Below, one piece after another: positions 24,418 to 38,400 of a stretch of DNA of 64,000 nucleotides. How positions within the stretch are numbered: position 1 is the first letter of the stretch; every line of letters begins with the position of its first letter. Below the pieces are notes generated by a model. That model made no database searches. It saw nothing but the letters and a program-made list of their open reading frames with translations, and was not told the DNA's origin. A program made the position numbers and the translations under genes. Source of the DNA: Sminthopsis crassicaudata (Eukaryota); NCBI RefSeq assembly GCF_048593235.1, contig NC_133621.1, positions 92,991,148 through 93,055,147 of the forward strand. Reading direction: 5' to 3'.

Positions 24418-25022
24418 ATACTTTGGCCACACAATGAAAAGACCAGACTCATTGGAAAAGATTCTGATGTTAGAAAAGATTGCAGACAAAAGTAAAAGTG
24501 GATGTCAGAGGATGAGATGGTTAAAAAGTATCATAGAAACAATGAACATGAACTTGGATAGCTTTTGAGAGATAGTAGAGGATAGAAGGGGGTAGAGGGC
24601 TGAAACTCCAAAAAGGTGTGCTTGAATCATACAACCGAGCACTTAAGGCTAATTATCTATTTGATGTGACTCTATTAGCATATGTTTGGAAAACTGACTC
24701 TTCTCACCATTGGTTCTGGCTCAATGTTTGAAGTTAACATAATTGTAGGCAAGGTGGGGTGAAAGAGGTGAGACTTCATTTGGCAGCAGGAGGAGGAGAA
24801 AGATGGAGATTCTGGATTCCAGAATGGAGAAGAGATTTTTGGCAAAACTCCTGACAGTTTGCCTGCTTCTCCCCCTAAAAAACAAGGACTTTTACTTATC
24901 CTGACTTTGGCTGATCCTGAGGCCTCCAGGGAGCTAGCCTGGACTTAACAGTAGGGTCTGGCATGTTGAGATCCCTGGGATCACAAAGAGTTAGACACAA
25001 CTGAATAACAACAATAATACAC
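24418..25022 (+). mobile_element. RTE/BovB-type LINE 3' end, split by a solo LTR
   Basis: Translates YFGHTMKRPDSLEKILMLEKIADKSKSGCQRMRWLKSI, matching the BovB RT C-terminus; the 3' end GGGATCACAAAGAGTTAGACACAACTGAATAACAAC resumes after 24950. Confidence 0.9.
24591..24950 (+). mobile_element. Solo ERV LTR (360 bp)
   Basis: (G)GTAGAGGGCTGAAACTC...TTAACA termini; imperfect 6-bp TSD GAAGGG/GTAGGG; cleanly interrupts the RTE element. Orientation is assumed from the recalled family start. Confidence 0.8.
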
Positions 25023-25225
25023 ACAAACACACAGTGACATATGTATATATATATATATGTATGTATATGTATATATATAATGTATATATATATATTTTTT
25101 CTGTAATAATGCAATAACTGTTCTGGCATGAACAATAAGGGTCTGGCATGTTGAGGTCCCTGGGATCACAAAGAGTTAGACACAACTGAATAACAACAAT
25201 AATACACACAAACACACAGTGACAT

Positions 25226-25263
<38 letters not shown>

Positions 25264-25284
25264 GTAATAATGCAATAACTGTTT
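24954..25284. repeat. Tandem duplication (about 185-bp period) of the RTE tail plus microsatellite
   Basis: GGGTCTGGCATGTTGAG...ACACAGTGACATA-[microsatellite]-TGTAATAATGCAATAACTGTT occurs twice. Confidence 0.92.
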
Positions 25285-25308
25285 AGAAATATATAATGTT
25301 ATCTAGAG

Positions 25309-25517
25309 TAGTGGTTTTCAAAGTGTGGTCCAGAGCATCCTGAGGGTCTCTGAAACCTTTTCAGAGGGTTTACAAATTCAAAGGTAGTTTTTATTAATAA
25401 TATAGTAAATGTCTATAAATGTAGCCCACATTAAAAAAAAAAAAACCCTCTTTGGGCAGATCTTCAATTATTTATAATAGTATAAAGATATTGAGAACAA
25501 AAGTTTGAGAAACACTG
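25309..25517. mobile_element. Non-autonomous hAT-Charlie DNA transposon
   Basis: TIRs (T)AGTGGTTTTCAAA / TTTGAGAAACACTG and a perfect 8-bp TSD ATCTAGAG (25301-25308, 25518-25525), the NTCTAGAN target typical of Charlie elements. Confidence 0.92.
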
Positions 25518-25749
25518 ATCTAGAGATAGTATTTTAGTAACATATAATCAAATGGTTAGAATTTCAAACATTTTCTCCTCTAATTCTTAGTCTAGGGGAA
25601 AGGATTATGGAATTAACAAGTAATTCCCTGTTTCTATTCCCTTCTTCCACTCTATCTTTCATACAACTCCTGGACTAACCTTTTTGCATAAATTAGGTTG
25701 TGATGCTCTTTTGCTTAAAAACTTTTTTTTTTTTTTTTTTTAAAAACAA

Positions 25750-25995
25750 GAGCAGTCAGGCAATGCAGTGGATAAAGTACTAGCCTTGGAATCAGGAGGA
25801 CCTGAGTTCAAATGTGACCTTAAACACTTTCTAATTTTGTGACCCTTGGCAAGTCACTTAACTCAGTTTGTCTGAGCTATGTCCTATATAAAATGAGTTG
25901 TAGAAGGAAATGGCAAACCACTCCAGTACCTTTGCCCAGAAAATCCCAAATGAGGTCACAAAGAGTCAGAAATGACTTAAATGACTGAATCACAA
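25750..25995 (+). mobile_element. MAR1-like CORE-SINE
   Basis: Core plus GGAAATGGCAAACCACTCCAGTA...GGTCACAAAGAGTCAGA tail. Confidence 0.88.
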
Positions 25996-28900
25996 AGCCT
26001 GCCTCTATAATCAAGTTCTAAATTCTTTGTTTGGTATTCAAGTCTTTTAAAATTCATACCATCTACTTTTTAGCTTCATATCTCATTATTCTATGTCATA
26101 TCTTCTGCAGCAGAACCAAACTGTACTTTCTGTCCCTCCAAATATGCTTTGTGCTCTTCTGCCTCTGTGCCTACATTCCTGTTGTTAGTCATTCTCTGTT
26201 TCAAGTTGAACTCCTATCCATAGTTCCAATGCCATTTTGTTTATGAATCCTTCCCTATTTTCCTCTTGACAACAATCTTTTCCTGCTCATAGGTAACATA
26301 TTACTTTGACTCACATTTTTCTAATGTATATATTTTATGTTTTTTTTCTATATTGATATTTATGCCTATGTCTATATCTAAATCCATCTTGAGATCTTGT
26401 AGTCTTCCCCTATTGAACCTTAGTTCCTCAGGGGCAGGGACTGTTTCATTCTTGTCTCTGTAACCATAGTATCTATACAGTGTCTAGCAAACAGTAGGCA
26501 CTTAACAAATACCACTGATCAACCGACTCATAATGTAATACTGCATCTTATGATTATGTTTATGAAATTATCTCTAAATGGAATACAAATTACATGAAGG
26601 GAAAGATCATATTTTATCTAAACTTTTTTATCCTCCTTGCCCAGAATCTAGTACAACATTCTGTAGACAGTAGGAATTTAATAAACATTTATTGAATTAA
26701 ATCAAATAGACTCCTCAGTCATCTGTCCATATCGAATACTCTTGTGATTCCTCTTCCCTCTCCAGGTATTATTCCTAGTCAGCATCTTCTTTGACAAATT
26801 CCCTGGATTCAACTTGCTATCCCTTGACCTGATTGTCTTTGCTTGAGTCAGAAAAAAAGGACATTTAAAATTCTCTTTTCTTTGCTTCCCTCATTGGACA
26901 CATATATTTGGGACAGCATCAGCACAGTGTGCATGCTCTGAGGACAAGGGGTAAAAAACATTGCAGCCCAAAATATATACCAACAAAAAGTTCCTAAATT
27001 TTTAAAAATAGGATGACCAAAAGCTGAGTTTGGGAAGTCAATGGCTAGCCTCGTACCATAGACTGTTTAATGCTCAATTATATCCTTTCTGTTGATGATA
27101 TTGACAGAAAAGGCAAAAAAACTATTATGATTCTTTTAAAACATTTACCTAGTATTGTCATTATCAAGAAAGGTAATGTGGTATAGTAGATCAAGGATTA
27201 GTCCTATGGTCAAATGAATTGAGTTCAAATTCTATCTCCAACATAGAATAGGTGTGTGATCATGGGCAAATCACTTAATCTAGCAGTGCCTGAGTAAATT
27301 TCTTAAAACCACAAGTTATTGAAGACTTGCTGATCTTTATCTGTTGTGGGCAGAGAGTTTGTAGCCTAGAAACTAAAAGATGGGAACTTACCCTTTTTGT
27401 AAGCACAGTCCCTGATATAGTGCCAAATATGAATACTAGTTGATTTGCTAAGTGGAAAATAATAAAATTTCAATTCTAGATCAAAATAAACAAACACATC
27501 TCAAAACAAAGTAAAATCAATCCCACCACAAACTTATTCAGAAAATGCTTAAGTACTTCAGGTATATTTGAATATGATTCTTTATAACCTTAAAAAGCAA
27601 TAGAAAGATAACTCAACAGAGAATGGAAATCACTGAGGTGAATTGCCACTTGCTCCAAGCCTTTCTTCCTAATCTTTGGAAGAGTGTTTGGATTCTATAT
27701 GACCTCAGGCTTTGTCATGGGAAAAGATGAGAAGGACCACTACGTTTTTAAGTGACTTCTGCTGAGTCTGAGCCATGCTGGACTTGGAGGTCACTGGGGG
27801 ATAATCTAAAGATTGGTTGAGAATTAATGAGTGTAATAAAGTGAGTTGCTCTTGAGAAAGGTTCAATCTTATACCTTGGAGGGACCTTCACTTTCTGTTT
27901 AATTTTAGAATTTTACCAGCCTGCCAACTGGGCTTGACCTTTCCTATCTCTCTATCCCACACTTTTTATTCCTCATCGTGCACAGTAGGGGTATCTCCAG
28001 CCCAGGGGGTATGCCTGAGTTAGCAAGAAGCATACAAGATTGTTCATAATCACATCTGTCTTTAAATGTCAGGCAGAGGAAAGGGAAGTAAGCAAGTATA
28101 GACTGAGATATTGTGCTGAATCAGGCAACTGGTCAAATTCACTTGCTTTCCTTACATTTTTTTTTATTTCAGCCACACTTACCATTCGTCAGAGGTAGTG
28201 TGGAATAAGAAATAGAGCACTGTACATGGAATCAAAAAAATGTAAAATCCTGGCTCAGGCACTTGTTCTTTAAGTCATTTTACCTTTTCATGCCTTAATT
28301 TTCTTCTCTACAAAAAGAGTTTGGATTTGATGGTGTTTAAGATACCTTCCAGTTCTAAATTGATGATGTTTTGGTCATCTCAGTACCTTGACACATCCAG
28401 TAGATGGCTTGGTACCAGCCTAACTGACTTTTCAGGTTTTGCAGCAATACTTCTTTCTGTTCTAAAGTTATAGATCACTTGTCCAAAGTTTGCCAGATCA
28501 TGGGCATATACTTAACAGAGAGGAAACAGCAGGGGTAGAGATATGTTTTTATTTTTCAGATGGGTAGAAAGAGGCGGAGATGCTATAGACCTGTGCAGAA
28601 TTAAAGCTATTTTAAATATGTCACTTGAATTTGGTTGGTTAATGATCTTATGTGTCTGGGTTAACTTATGAACCATGTCAAGTGATCCTAGCAAAGTTTA
28701 AATAAATGTGCAGATATGAAATCAAATAAGTATGCAAAAAGTATTGTAAACAAAATTATTAACTTATCATATGAATGCCATTCTCATTCATTATTATCGT
28801 TGTCACGATTATTCCCTTGCAGCAAATCCTACAAGGGCAATCCTTGCAAAGCCCCTTTGTATGAACTTGCTTTTTTTTTTTTTTTGTATGACTTTGCTTT

Positions 28901-29973
28901 TTTGTATGACCTACTTTAAAAACTGCTTTCTTTATTAGAACTGGAACTTTATTTCAGGAATGTCCACTCATAGATGGCTCTTTGCATTTTTTGTTGGCTT
29001 CATCTATTATTACTCTTCCAGGAATAAAATGGAATTCCTATCTTTGAGGAAATGAGTAGTGTATCTTAAGAGCTAGACATCAGTGTCAACTAACTTTGTT
29101 AGTTGTTACTTTGTGGATAAAAAGAAGGAAAATGAGACTGGAGTCTACAGGGAATCATTTAGGTAATCAAAAACAAAAATAAAAACAAATTTAAGTTAGT
29201 CACAAGACTACTGTTCATAGTATTATAGATAAAAAGTTGATAGGAACCTTAGAGACCACTAGTACAATCCCTTTATATTAAGGATTCTTAGGTCACAATC
29301 TGGATGATGTAAAAAGAAGAAACAATAAAAATTAGAGTCAAAATACTAGGCTTCATAATATCATAGATTGAAAGATCAGAGAGATCATTGGTCCAATCTG
29401 TTTTGAAGATGAGAAAACTGGGGACAACAGAGTTAAAGTAGTTTGTTCAATACCTTGTAACAAGTAAAGAGAAAAGCCAAGGTTTAATCCAGTTACTCTA
29501 ACTCTAAAAGTCAATTCTTTTTACTACATTACTCAAACCATAGTTCTAAAATATATAAATTATGTAACTTTAGGCCAGTGATGACCTTTTCCATTTTCTT
29601 CATCTGGAAAATGGGAATGATACTTGTATAATTATCTACCTTACCATGTTAGGTTGGAGGTTGATATGAGATAAGGCATATGGAATTTAAATTCCTGAAG
29701 ATCTATGTAAATGCCAGCTTTTATTGAATTAGTTGACATTTAAGGTTCCATTTGATTCTGTAATTATTACTTTGGTAGCATTTCAATCAAATGCTAAATC
29801 AAATTAAATTCAATTAAAAACAAGGATTTATTGAGTATCTACTGTGTGCTCAACATTGTGCTAGGTGCATGGGTGGGGGGAGGAGAAATGAAAGAAGAAA
29901 AAAATCATAATCCAAAGGCTTATGCTCTGCATATAATATAATACAAAACAATTTTTAAGAAGAATGTGTAATA

Positions 29974-30135
29974 GAGGCAGCTAAGTGGTGCAGTGTTTAG
30001 AGCACTAGCCCTGAAGTCAGGAGGACCTGAGTTCAAATCTGGCCTGAAATACTTAACACGTCCTAGCTGTGTAACCCTGGGCAAGTCACTTAACCCCAAT
30101 TGCCTCAGTAAAAGAAGAAGAAGAATGTATAATAG
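29974..30135 (+). mobile_element. WSINE1-like SINE with TSD
   Basis: Typical body; flanking repeat AAGAAGAATGTGTAATAG / AAGAAGAATGTATAATAG. Confidence 0.9.
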
Positions 30136-32158
30136 AGGAAGGGAAGGCAGCATTTGCCTTGGCTCTTCAATGGTGGTAAACAATTGGCTAGAGGGAGTGG
30201 AGAAAGAAAATGTGTTCCAGACAATTGGAATACCATGAACGAAAGAACGGGCTTGCTCAGGGGACAGTGAGAACGTCAGCCTGCCTGCTATAAGGTACAT
30301 ATAAGGAGTGATAAGAAATTTGCCCTGGCTTGGAAGGGCAGTTCTATAAAAGCTCTGGAAGTCAGAAAGATATGAATTCAAATGGAGTTTGCCTTAATTT
30401 CCTCAACTGTTAAATGGGATTAAAAAACAGCACATATCTTGCAGGATTACTAGGAGAATTCAATGAGATCATATTTCTAAAAAGTGCTTAGCAGAGGGTC
30501 TGGCACATTGGGAGTGCTTAATAAATGCTTATTCTCTTCCCTTTCCCCTTGGATGCCAGGCAGAGACTGGACTTCAGCCATAAAAGTCTTAGTAAAGCAA
30601 ATACCAGCAGATTTAAGCCATACCAACAATACTGAGTCATGGGTCCCAGATATAGCTCCGAGCTTTCCCTGGCAGCTTAGTCATCTCTGGTTTACCAGGC
30701 AAGGTGCTGTCTGTCACTTAATAGCCTTCTCAGACAGCTTTTAATAGACCTGAGAGCTGTACAATTATAATCTGGAAAGAGGCCATTTCCTTTGGCACTC
30801 TGTTATCAGAGAAGTAATGGAAATTCATCAAAGACACAATAGTTTTTATTGATGTTGGGAAATTGGCATCTGAGTGTGGGCTCCTATAAATGTAAACCTG
30901 TCTATGGCCAATACTGGAGGAGCCTCCGAACCTGGTGGATGATGACTTCTAGCCGGAGAGGAGGACTATGACTGATTTTCATCTTCAGATTTCTCCCCCA
31001 AATTTGTGGGTTGAAATGTTTTGCATATGTTTAATATTACAAATGAAGACAGAGCAGATAAAATTAGGAGTCCTTGAGGGTATCCTTAGTGGCTCTCTTG
31101 ATAGAAATTAATATGCTTAGGGATGTTTACATTCTGGTTTAGTTTACACATGATCTTTCATTTCATTCCCTCTCCCTTCCACCCTTCTTTACTCCCTGAT
31201 TTTTCTTTTCCTTCAAGAATTGACCTGAGATGAGATATTTGGGGATGTTAACCTTTTCATTGTTGAATTCATAGATACTACCATAATGCTCCTTATCATC
31301 AATGACTTTCAAATTAATTACACAATGCTGTTATGTAACACAAAGGGATAAAAATTCTTCAGTTTTATAAATCTAGCTGAGAGTATGTGCTTCTTTATTC
31401 CTTAAACTTTTTTGTTTTATAAGATTGAGTCTTCCTATGTCTACCGAGGCATTTAAAGGTTAGGTCTTCCTCTGATCAGCATGGGAACCTTGAATCCCTC
31501 CATTTTCCTACTTGAATTGATTTGTCTTTCCCTAGGGAATTTCATCCTGGGAAAACTGTATAGCATACTTAGTGTGGATATCTGGTCAATTTAGCTCATT
31601 GTTATTTAGAATTCCTAAACTTGAGAAATACACCAAACTCAGCCTCCCAATTAGCAGACCTAAATTCTTCTTTCTTTCCTCCCCCTTTCCCCCCTTTTTT
31701 TATCTAAACATACAATAAAGACTAATGACAAGCCAAGTCACATTCTTATTTTACAGATAAAGACAATTACTAGAAAGCTCTTTTTTTTTCACATGAAGTC
31801 TTTCCTGAGCTCTCCAATTATCCCCAAATTAATTTGCATTCAACTGTTTCATATTTATTCTTTTTATATTGACTGTGCATATATTTAAGCATGTTCTTGT
31901 GGCTTCTCTTATTATATGTAAACTATTGTGAATAAATACTGTTTTATTCTTTATAAAAGATGAGGCTATTTCTTTTGTCCTGTTGCCTCTGGATTCATTC
32001 AGTTAGTCAACATGTATTTATTAAGGGTCTACTATATGCCAAACACTGTGCTAATCACTAGGGATCAAAAGAAAGACAAAAGCCAATCCCTGTCCCAGTG
32101 AGTTCAAAGTCTAATGCAGGAGACGACATAAAAAAAGAATTTTGTGCAAACAAGATAT

Positions 32159-32400
32159 GAGGGCAGCTAGATGGCATGGTAGATACAATATTGAGCTGGG
32201 AACCAGGAAGACTCGTCTTTCTGACTTCAAATCCAGCACTTATTAGATATGTGACCCTAGGCAAATCATTTTATCCTACTTGCCTCAGTTTCCTCATCTG
32301 TAAAAATGAATTAGAGAAGGAAATAGCAAACCATTTCAGTATCCATGCCAGGAAGACCCCAAATGGAGTCATATGACAAAAAACAACTGACAACAACAAT
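32159..32400 (+). mobile_element. MAR1-like CORE-SINE
   Basis: GGGCAGCTAG head, core, GAAAACCCC-like tail and (AAC)n end. Confidence 0.88.
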
Positions 32401-33039
32401 AAAAAAGAGGTTAGGCATTAGCATAAAGGGGATGACATGTAAGAAAATTCTAATTATACTCATAATTCTCAGGAGTTCTTTTCTTGCTAATTTGTTTAAG
32501 AATTATGTTAGTGTTATTTTGGAAATGTCAGCATTGGATATACATCCTTAAATAAATGGGTTCCATTCATCTCACCAGTTTTAAAGAAATAGGAATGTGT
32601 GTTCTTATTCTTAAGGGAATATACTATGGCTAATTGCTTAGTTCTAAGGAAGTTAAGGAAAAACACCATAGAGAGTTGGAAGGAACCCAAGAGTCATCTA
32701 ATCTAGGCTCCCATTTTATATTTGAGGGACTGTCTGGTCCAAGATCATAAGGTAGTTAAATGGGAGTTCAAATCCTTACCAACTATGTGACCATGTACTT
32801 CTTAACTCTGTTAGCTTCAGTTTTCCCCTTGCAATTATTTGGTTAGTAATAGCTGTTCACTCACAGATTGTAGTAAGAAATGTATGAGATAAAATATGCA
32901 AAACATTTTATAAACCTTATAGTCTTATAAAGATTATAGATATAATTTTTATCATAGAGTTATATGGCTTTTAAAGGGAAAAATAAGAATGTGGCAGGGA
33001 CAATCTAAAGAAAAACTTTTTTCTCTCCAAGATGTCTGG

Positions 33040-33290
33040 GATAATAATAATAGCTAACATTTATATAACACTTGAGTTTGCAAAATACTTTACACATATT
33101 ATCTCATTTATTCTCACAACAAACCTGGGAGGCAGGTACTATTATTATTCTAACGTTACAGATGAGGAAACTAAGAAAAAATAGAGGTTAAGTGATTCTC
33201 TAGGGTCACAGAGCTAGTAAGTGTCTGAGGCAAGATTTAAATTCAGGTGTTCCAGACTCCTGGTGCAGTGCTGTGCCATTTAGCTGTAAC
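33040..33290 (-). mobile_element. MIR/CORE-SINE
   Basis: TTACAGATGAGGAAACT...AGGGTCACAGAGCTAGTAAGTGTCTGAGGCAAGATTTAAATTCAGG. Confidence 0.8.
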
Positions 33291-35765
33291 AATAGTATTT
33301 ATATAAAGCATGTTTTCAGTCACTTGACCAGCAAGGCAAGGGACTAGATATTTTCTCTGATCTTTGATTTCTTAAACCTGCTCAAAATAGAAATTATGCA
33401 CTACAGATCAAGCAAGTTCAGCTCTATGGTCTAGGATAACAATACCCGCAAAAAGCAAAAAAACAAAAAACAAAAAGATCGTATTCCTACTTTAAGCTCC
33501 TGCATCATGTTCTATAAGTGCCCACCATTCTACTGGCAGTGAGGCTGCACTGGTTTACCCAAGGACCCAGCCCATAGAGTTGCAACAAAATCTCATCCCA
33601 TAGTCCTGCCCCCTTCCTTATTTGAGTGCTTCAGAGATAAAGCTTCCAGGATATAGAAATTTATAGGGGCCAGTAGCCAGCTAGATAAATATGGCAAAAG
33701 ATTTCTTCAGGAGACAGAGGAACAGAGAGAAAAGGATAGAATACATATATCTGAGTTTGAAATATGGCTCAACCTCATATCCCAATTTTCTCTTTCCTTC
33801 TACAGTGTTAGAGATCCAGCACAAGTCCTTTCAGCCTACAATAGCAACAGTGTGACAGTCAGGGCTCTGAACTCTTGGGATCGAGAACTAAGGGATAGAA
33901 GGAGTAGGATGATGGGACATTAGGGCAGCATACTAGGTATGTAGGGAGGTATGTGTAACTTTATCAAACTTGAGGGAGAGGTCTGTCCCCAGTCTCTATG
34001 TTGGGCAAGTTCTAGCCATTCAAAAATTACTGGGGTCAGAGATCTAAGCAATGCTTTGTGATCCAGCTTCCAGGAAATCACCAGAGAGGAAGGAATCAGA
34101 AAGTGAACAACAAGTGAAAATAAAGAGAAAAACCAGACTGAAATTACTAAAAATTTCAAGCATAAGAAAATTCAAGAACTTTGAACATATGTATGTATGT
34201 ATGTATTTATCTATCTATAAATCAACAGGGAAAAAATTAACAGCAGAAGGAAAAAGAACCTTCAGTTCTAGTAAACAAGTTCAGGGACCTATGAATAAAA
34301 ACTGCAAAATACAGTAAAATGATTCAACTTTTGACCATATGGAATTGGAATAGTACCCATTTCACTATATCATCCCTCATATAAATCCTTTTTTCATCTG
34401 CAGTTTCTAACACCAAAGTAGAATGCTGAATCTTGATGATTAAGTGACTTCTAATGGCTAGAAATATACAATTAGCTATTCAAGCCACGGAGTCCTTTGG
34501 CAAAGGTTAACCTTGTTTGTGCAACTTCCATGATGTGCCATCTGTTTTCTTTAAAAATGCGTTTAATTTGAAAGCTATATGGCAGGCAAGCAGCACTCCA
34601 AGGTCTCAAATGTCTCAACACCTTGGTCCAATTTTTTTAAAACAATAGTTTAGGTTGTTTCCAGATCTAAAAGATTTACAAAATACTATATGAAACCTTT
34701 CCCGTTCCATTTTTCCACAAGTGCCTCCAATAGGCATTTTCTCTTCTCATTTGTTTATTGCCTGTCAGAAGGTTTATTGGAAATAAATTCAGATGAGCTA
34801 TACAGATGGGTTATATTCATTAACACCCATCATATTTGCACTGAGAAGTGTGAATATTCAAGTTACTGGTGAAATAGAAATTATGGGGTAAATCTATAAA
34901 GTAATCAGCAGTGGAATTGCATCAGAGGAGAAGAATAGTTCTTATGTTTGACAGAACAGCTTAAGGCATAATTAAGTTCAGTTCAATAAGCATTTATCAT
35001 TCATTCATTGATTTGTTCACTTATCAAGAATTTAATAAGCACTAATTTTACATTAGGCATCATCCTATGTGCTAGAAGTGACATCACAAAAATATCCAAA
35101 TTTCCCTAACTCTCACGGAGTTTATATTCTAGCAGGGAAAAGAATATACACACAGAAGATTAAACATTTTGTACAAAGTAGTTTATGGCAAGAGATTACT
35201 GGGAATCATTTGTGGGAGTGATTAAAATAAGCTTCCTATATGAAGAACTTCAGAACAGTCTTTTTTTATTGTCTTTGAGAGATGAGGATTCTATGTAATT
35301 GAATTTCCCCTGAAAATTAAAGCTCACTCATTTCATAATGCAAATTTTTTTCTTCTATTAATTATTTGTGTATCAAGTTGACTACATGAAAAAAAAATCT
35401 GACATCTATGCTTCCACACATGATGGATCACATACTTCCTGACCACTATTTTTTGGAATCCACAGGTTCACCTTAGAGGCCATCTCCTGAATTTCCCTTA
35501 ACTGCTATTTTTTCTCCTTTCTCAAATTATATTGACTTAATTAGCTGTTTAAATGTTGTATTCTCCTACTGGAACATAAGCACCTTGAGAGTCAGACATT
35601 TTTTATTTTACCTTTTTATTCTTGGCACCCAGGACAGTGCCTTGTAATTTAGATTTTTTTTTTAATCCAGATCAGTGATTTCATTCATATAGAGAATTCC
35701 CAAGAAAGCAGTTGTGTTTACCCATTCAGGTCAATAATTATTTTGTGATTCCTAATCTTAGAGCA

Positions 35766-35985
35766 GGGGAAGCTAAGAGGTACAGTGGGTAGAATGATGG
35801 CCCTGGAGTCAGGAAGACCTGAATTCAAATGTGGCCTCAGATACTTATTAGCTCTGTGACTCTGGACAAGTCACTGAACTTTGACTCAGTCCCCTCAATT
35901 GTCAAATGACCTGAAAAATGAAATGGCAAATCCCTGTCAAGAAAACCCCAAATGGGGTCATGGAGTCAAATACGGAAAATGATTG
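35766..35985 (+). mobile_element. MAR1-like CORE-SINE
   Basis: Head, core and AATGGCAAA...AAGAAAACCCCAAATGGGGTCA tail. Confidence 0.85.
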
Positions 35986-37349
35986 AAAGTTTTAGGGAAT
36001 TATCTGGGATTATTGAGAGACTGAGTCTCATAGATCTAGAACTGGGAGGACTCTAAGAGATCATCTATTCTGACCCCCTCATTTTACAATTGAGGAAAAT
36101 GAAACCTGGGGCATTGATGATTTACTTGCCTAGGGTCACAATCAGTATGGAACCAAATTGTGAGGGATTTGACCTAAGGTCATACTAATTCCCAGGTGAC
36201 CATTCATTCTACAGAATTCTTGCTGAATGATTTAATTATAAAAGTATCAGTGACCATTTAGAAATAACAATATCCCTACTCACATTTATGATTTTACGTG
36301 TAGTTTTTTTAAAGCTGTAGTGAACATAGTTCTCTAAATTCTATTCTTTTCACCTTGTATTACTTTATATTGATTTTTATGTCTTCCTCCATCTTCACAT
36401 TTGTCATGCTTTACTGGACAGCAGCCTTTGCCACTTTTATGGATCATTTTCCAAATACTAGGCTATTTCCAGTTTTTCATTGTTATAGATTACATTGCCA
36501 TCATAATCTCTGCACAAGTAATTTTTTCCTTTTCAATCATTACCTTGGGATTTCTTCTGATGTGTCATGTAATCTCTTGGTTACATGTTTTAAATCTGTA
36601 AAATGGACAGAGTAATTGATATGAGGAGAAAATGATATCGTGAATAGAGGACTAGTTATAAGTGTGAAAGACTCTAAGTCAAAGTTCACTTCTGATGTAT
36701 GCTGCTTGTGTGAGTCTGGGTAAATCATGTAACCTCTCAGGGTTGTAGATAATTCTCTATGATTACAAATTAAAGAGATGTTGCTGACCTTAATTCCACA
36801 CTAAGAATTTCCTATGTAAATGAAATAAAAATCAGTAATTGCCTTATGATCCTTTGATATAATTAATTCTTGAGTATAATAATTCAATCCATAGATGAAT
36901 ATAATTATATAGATTTCACACATACATTCTTTCAACAGAGAAGAGCTGATGGTGCTCATTGTGTATTTTGCTTCTCTTCTTATGAATAACTTCTAGACCG
37001 GGAAAGAGTCAGTGATGTTTGGTTTAGATTTGTGATTTCACTGGTGAAATCAGGAAACTCCTTACCTGAATGCAGAATGGCAACATATATAATGCATAGT
37101 TTGGAGCACTAAGGGGGTCAAGTTTTTGCCCAGGATCACACAGACCAGGTTTTCCTGACTCCCAAGTCTACCTCTCTAGCCATAGACAATGACAGAGTTA
37201 AAAAATCCAAAGCTAATAAGGAATTGATATTCAAGATGAGTGAGAAAATAATAAGAGGATACCTAGTTTTCCTTAATAGACAGGACAGTTTCTTTTGGGA
37301 CTAAAGAGAATGGCAGACGTGATTGCTGAGCTATTATCATTGACAGATG

Positions 37350-38400
37350 AAAGACTGTAAAGAATGTGGGACATATCAGATGACCAAACAAGGACATTTT
37401 ATGTGTTTGATTTTCAAAAAAGTAAAGGAGAATAAAATGTGAAGGTCAGTGAATTTGACTTTGGTTTATAGCAAAATTCCAAATGGATTACTAGAGAGAC
37501 AGTAAATATTTAAACATTGAAGAAATGATTACAAAATGATTTCATCTAGAATAGATCATAGTAGACTAATTTTCTTTGTTTTTGAAAGGGTAAGTAAGCT
37601 GGTAGATCTGGGAAATATGGATTTAGTTTACGTAGTAGAAATTTGTAAAGAATTTATTCTGTTCCTATGGGGGGAAAAAACTGAAAGAAACACATTAGAT
37701 GATTAGACAAATAGATAGTTTTATAATCAGCTGATAAGCAAGGCTCCATCAGGAATCTTTTAATTTAATGGCTCAATATCAATTTTAAGGCAGTGTCCCT
37801 CCCTTGGACTTTATGCTTGACTTTGTGCTATTTAACAATGTTTCAAATAACTTGGATAAAGGCAAAGAATGGCATAATCAACCCAAATTTTCAGATGATA
37901 TTTAGTAGGGAGGAATAATTAACACATTAGATAAGAGAGTCAGAATCTAATAACATGAAATTTAATAGGGAAAAATGTAAAGTTTTTTTAATGAGGGTCC
38001 AAGAAATCTACTTAACAATTTTAAACTATGACTTTTATGACTTGATAAGTTTTTCTGAAAAAAAAAAAAGACTTAGAAGTTCTCAAGGATGACAAACTCA
38101 ATAGGTATAAACAGGGAAAAATGGAAGTCCAAGAAGTTAATGGTTTCTTGGGCTATATTATGAAGATCACAATTTTTAGGATAAGGATGTATATGTACTC
38201 ATTCCTGGTTGGACCACATTTGGAGCATTGTGTAAAGTTTCAGACACCGCAATTTAGGAAGATCATTGATAAAGTGAAAGGGGGCCAGAGAAGGCAAACA
38301 GGAGAATATATGCATTATGAAGATTGATTGAAGAAATTGGAGCTATTTAAGAGGTAAATTAATATTCAGAAAGGGCATAAGTATCTACAGGTACTTCAGG
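37350..38400 (+). mobile_element. CR1/L3 LINE, decayed reverse transcriptase region
   Basis: Degenerate CR1 motifs: 'PVSLT', 'TNLISFF..V.KLVD.GN', 'LFNxFINDLD..KFADD', 'MKFNREKCKV', and LVGPHLEHCVKF (ORF 38121-38327). Confidence 0.85.

Noticed and set aside
38121-38327. 68-aa ORF
   Set aside because: Decayed CR1/L3 reverse transcriptase C-terminus.
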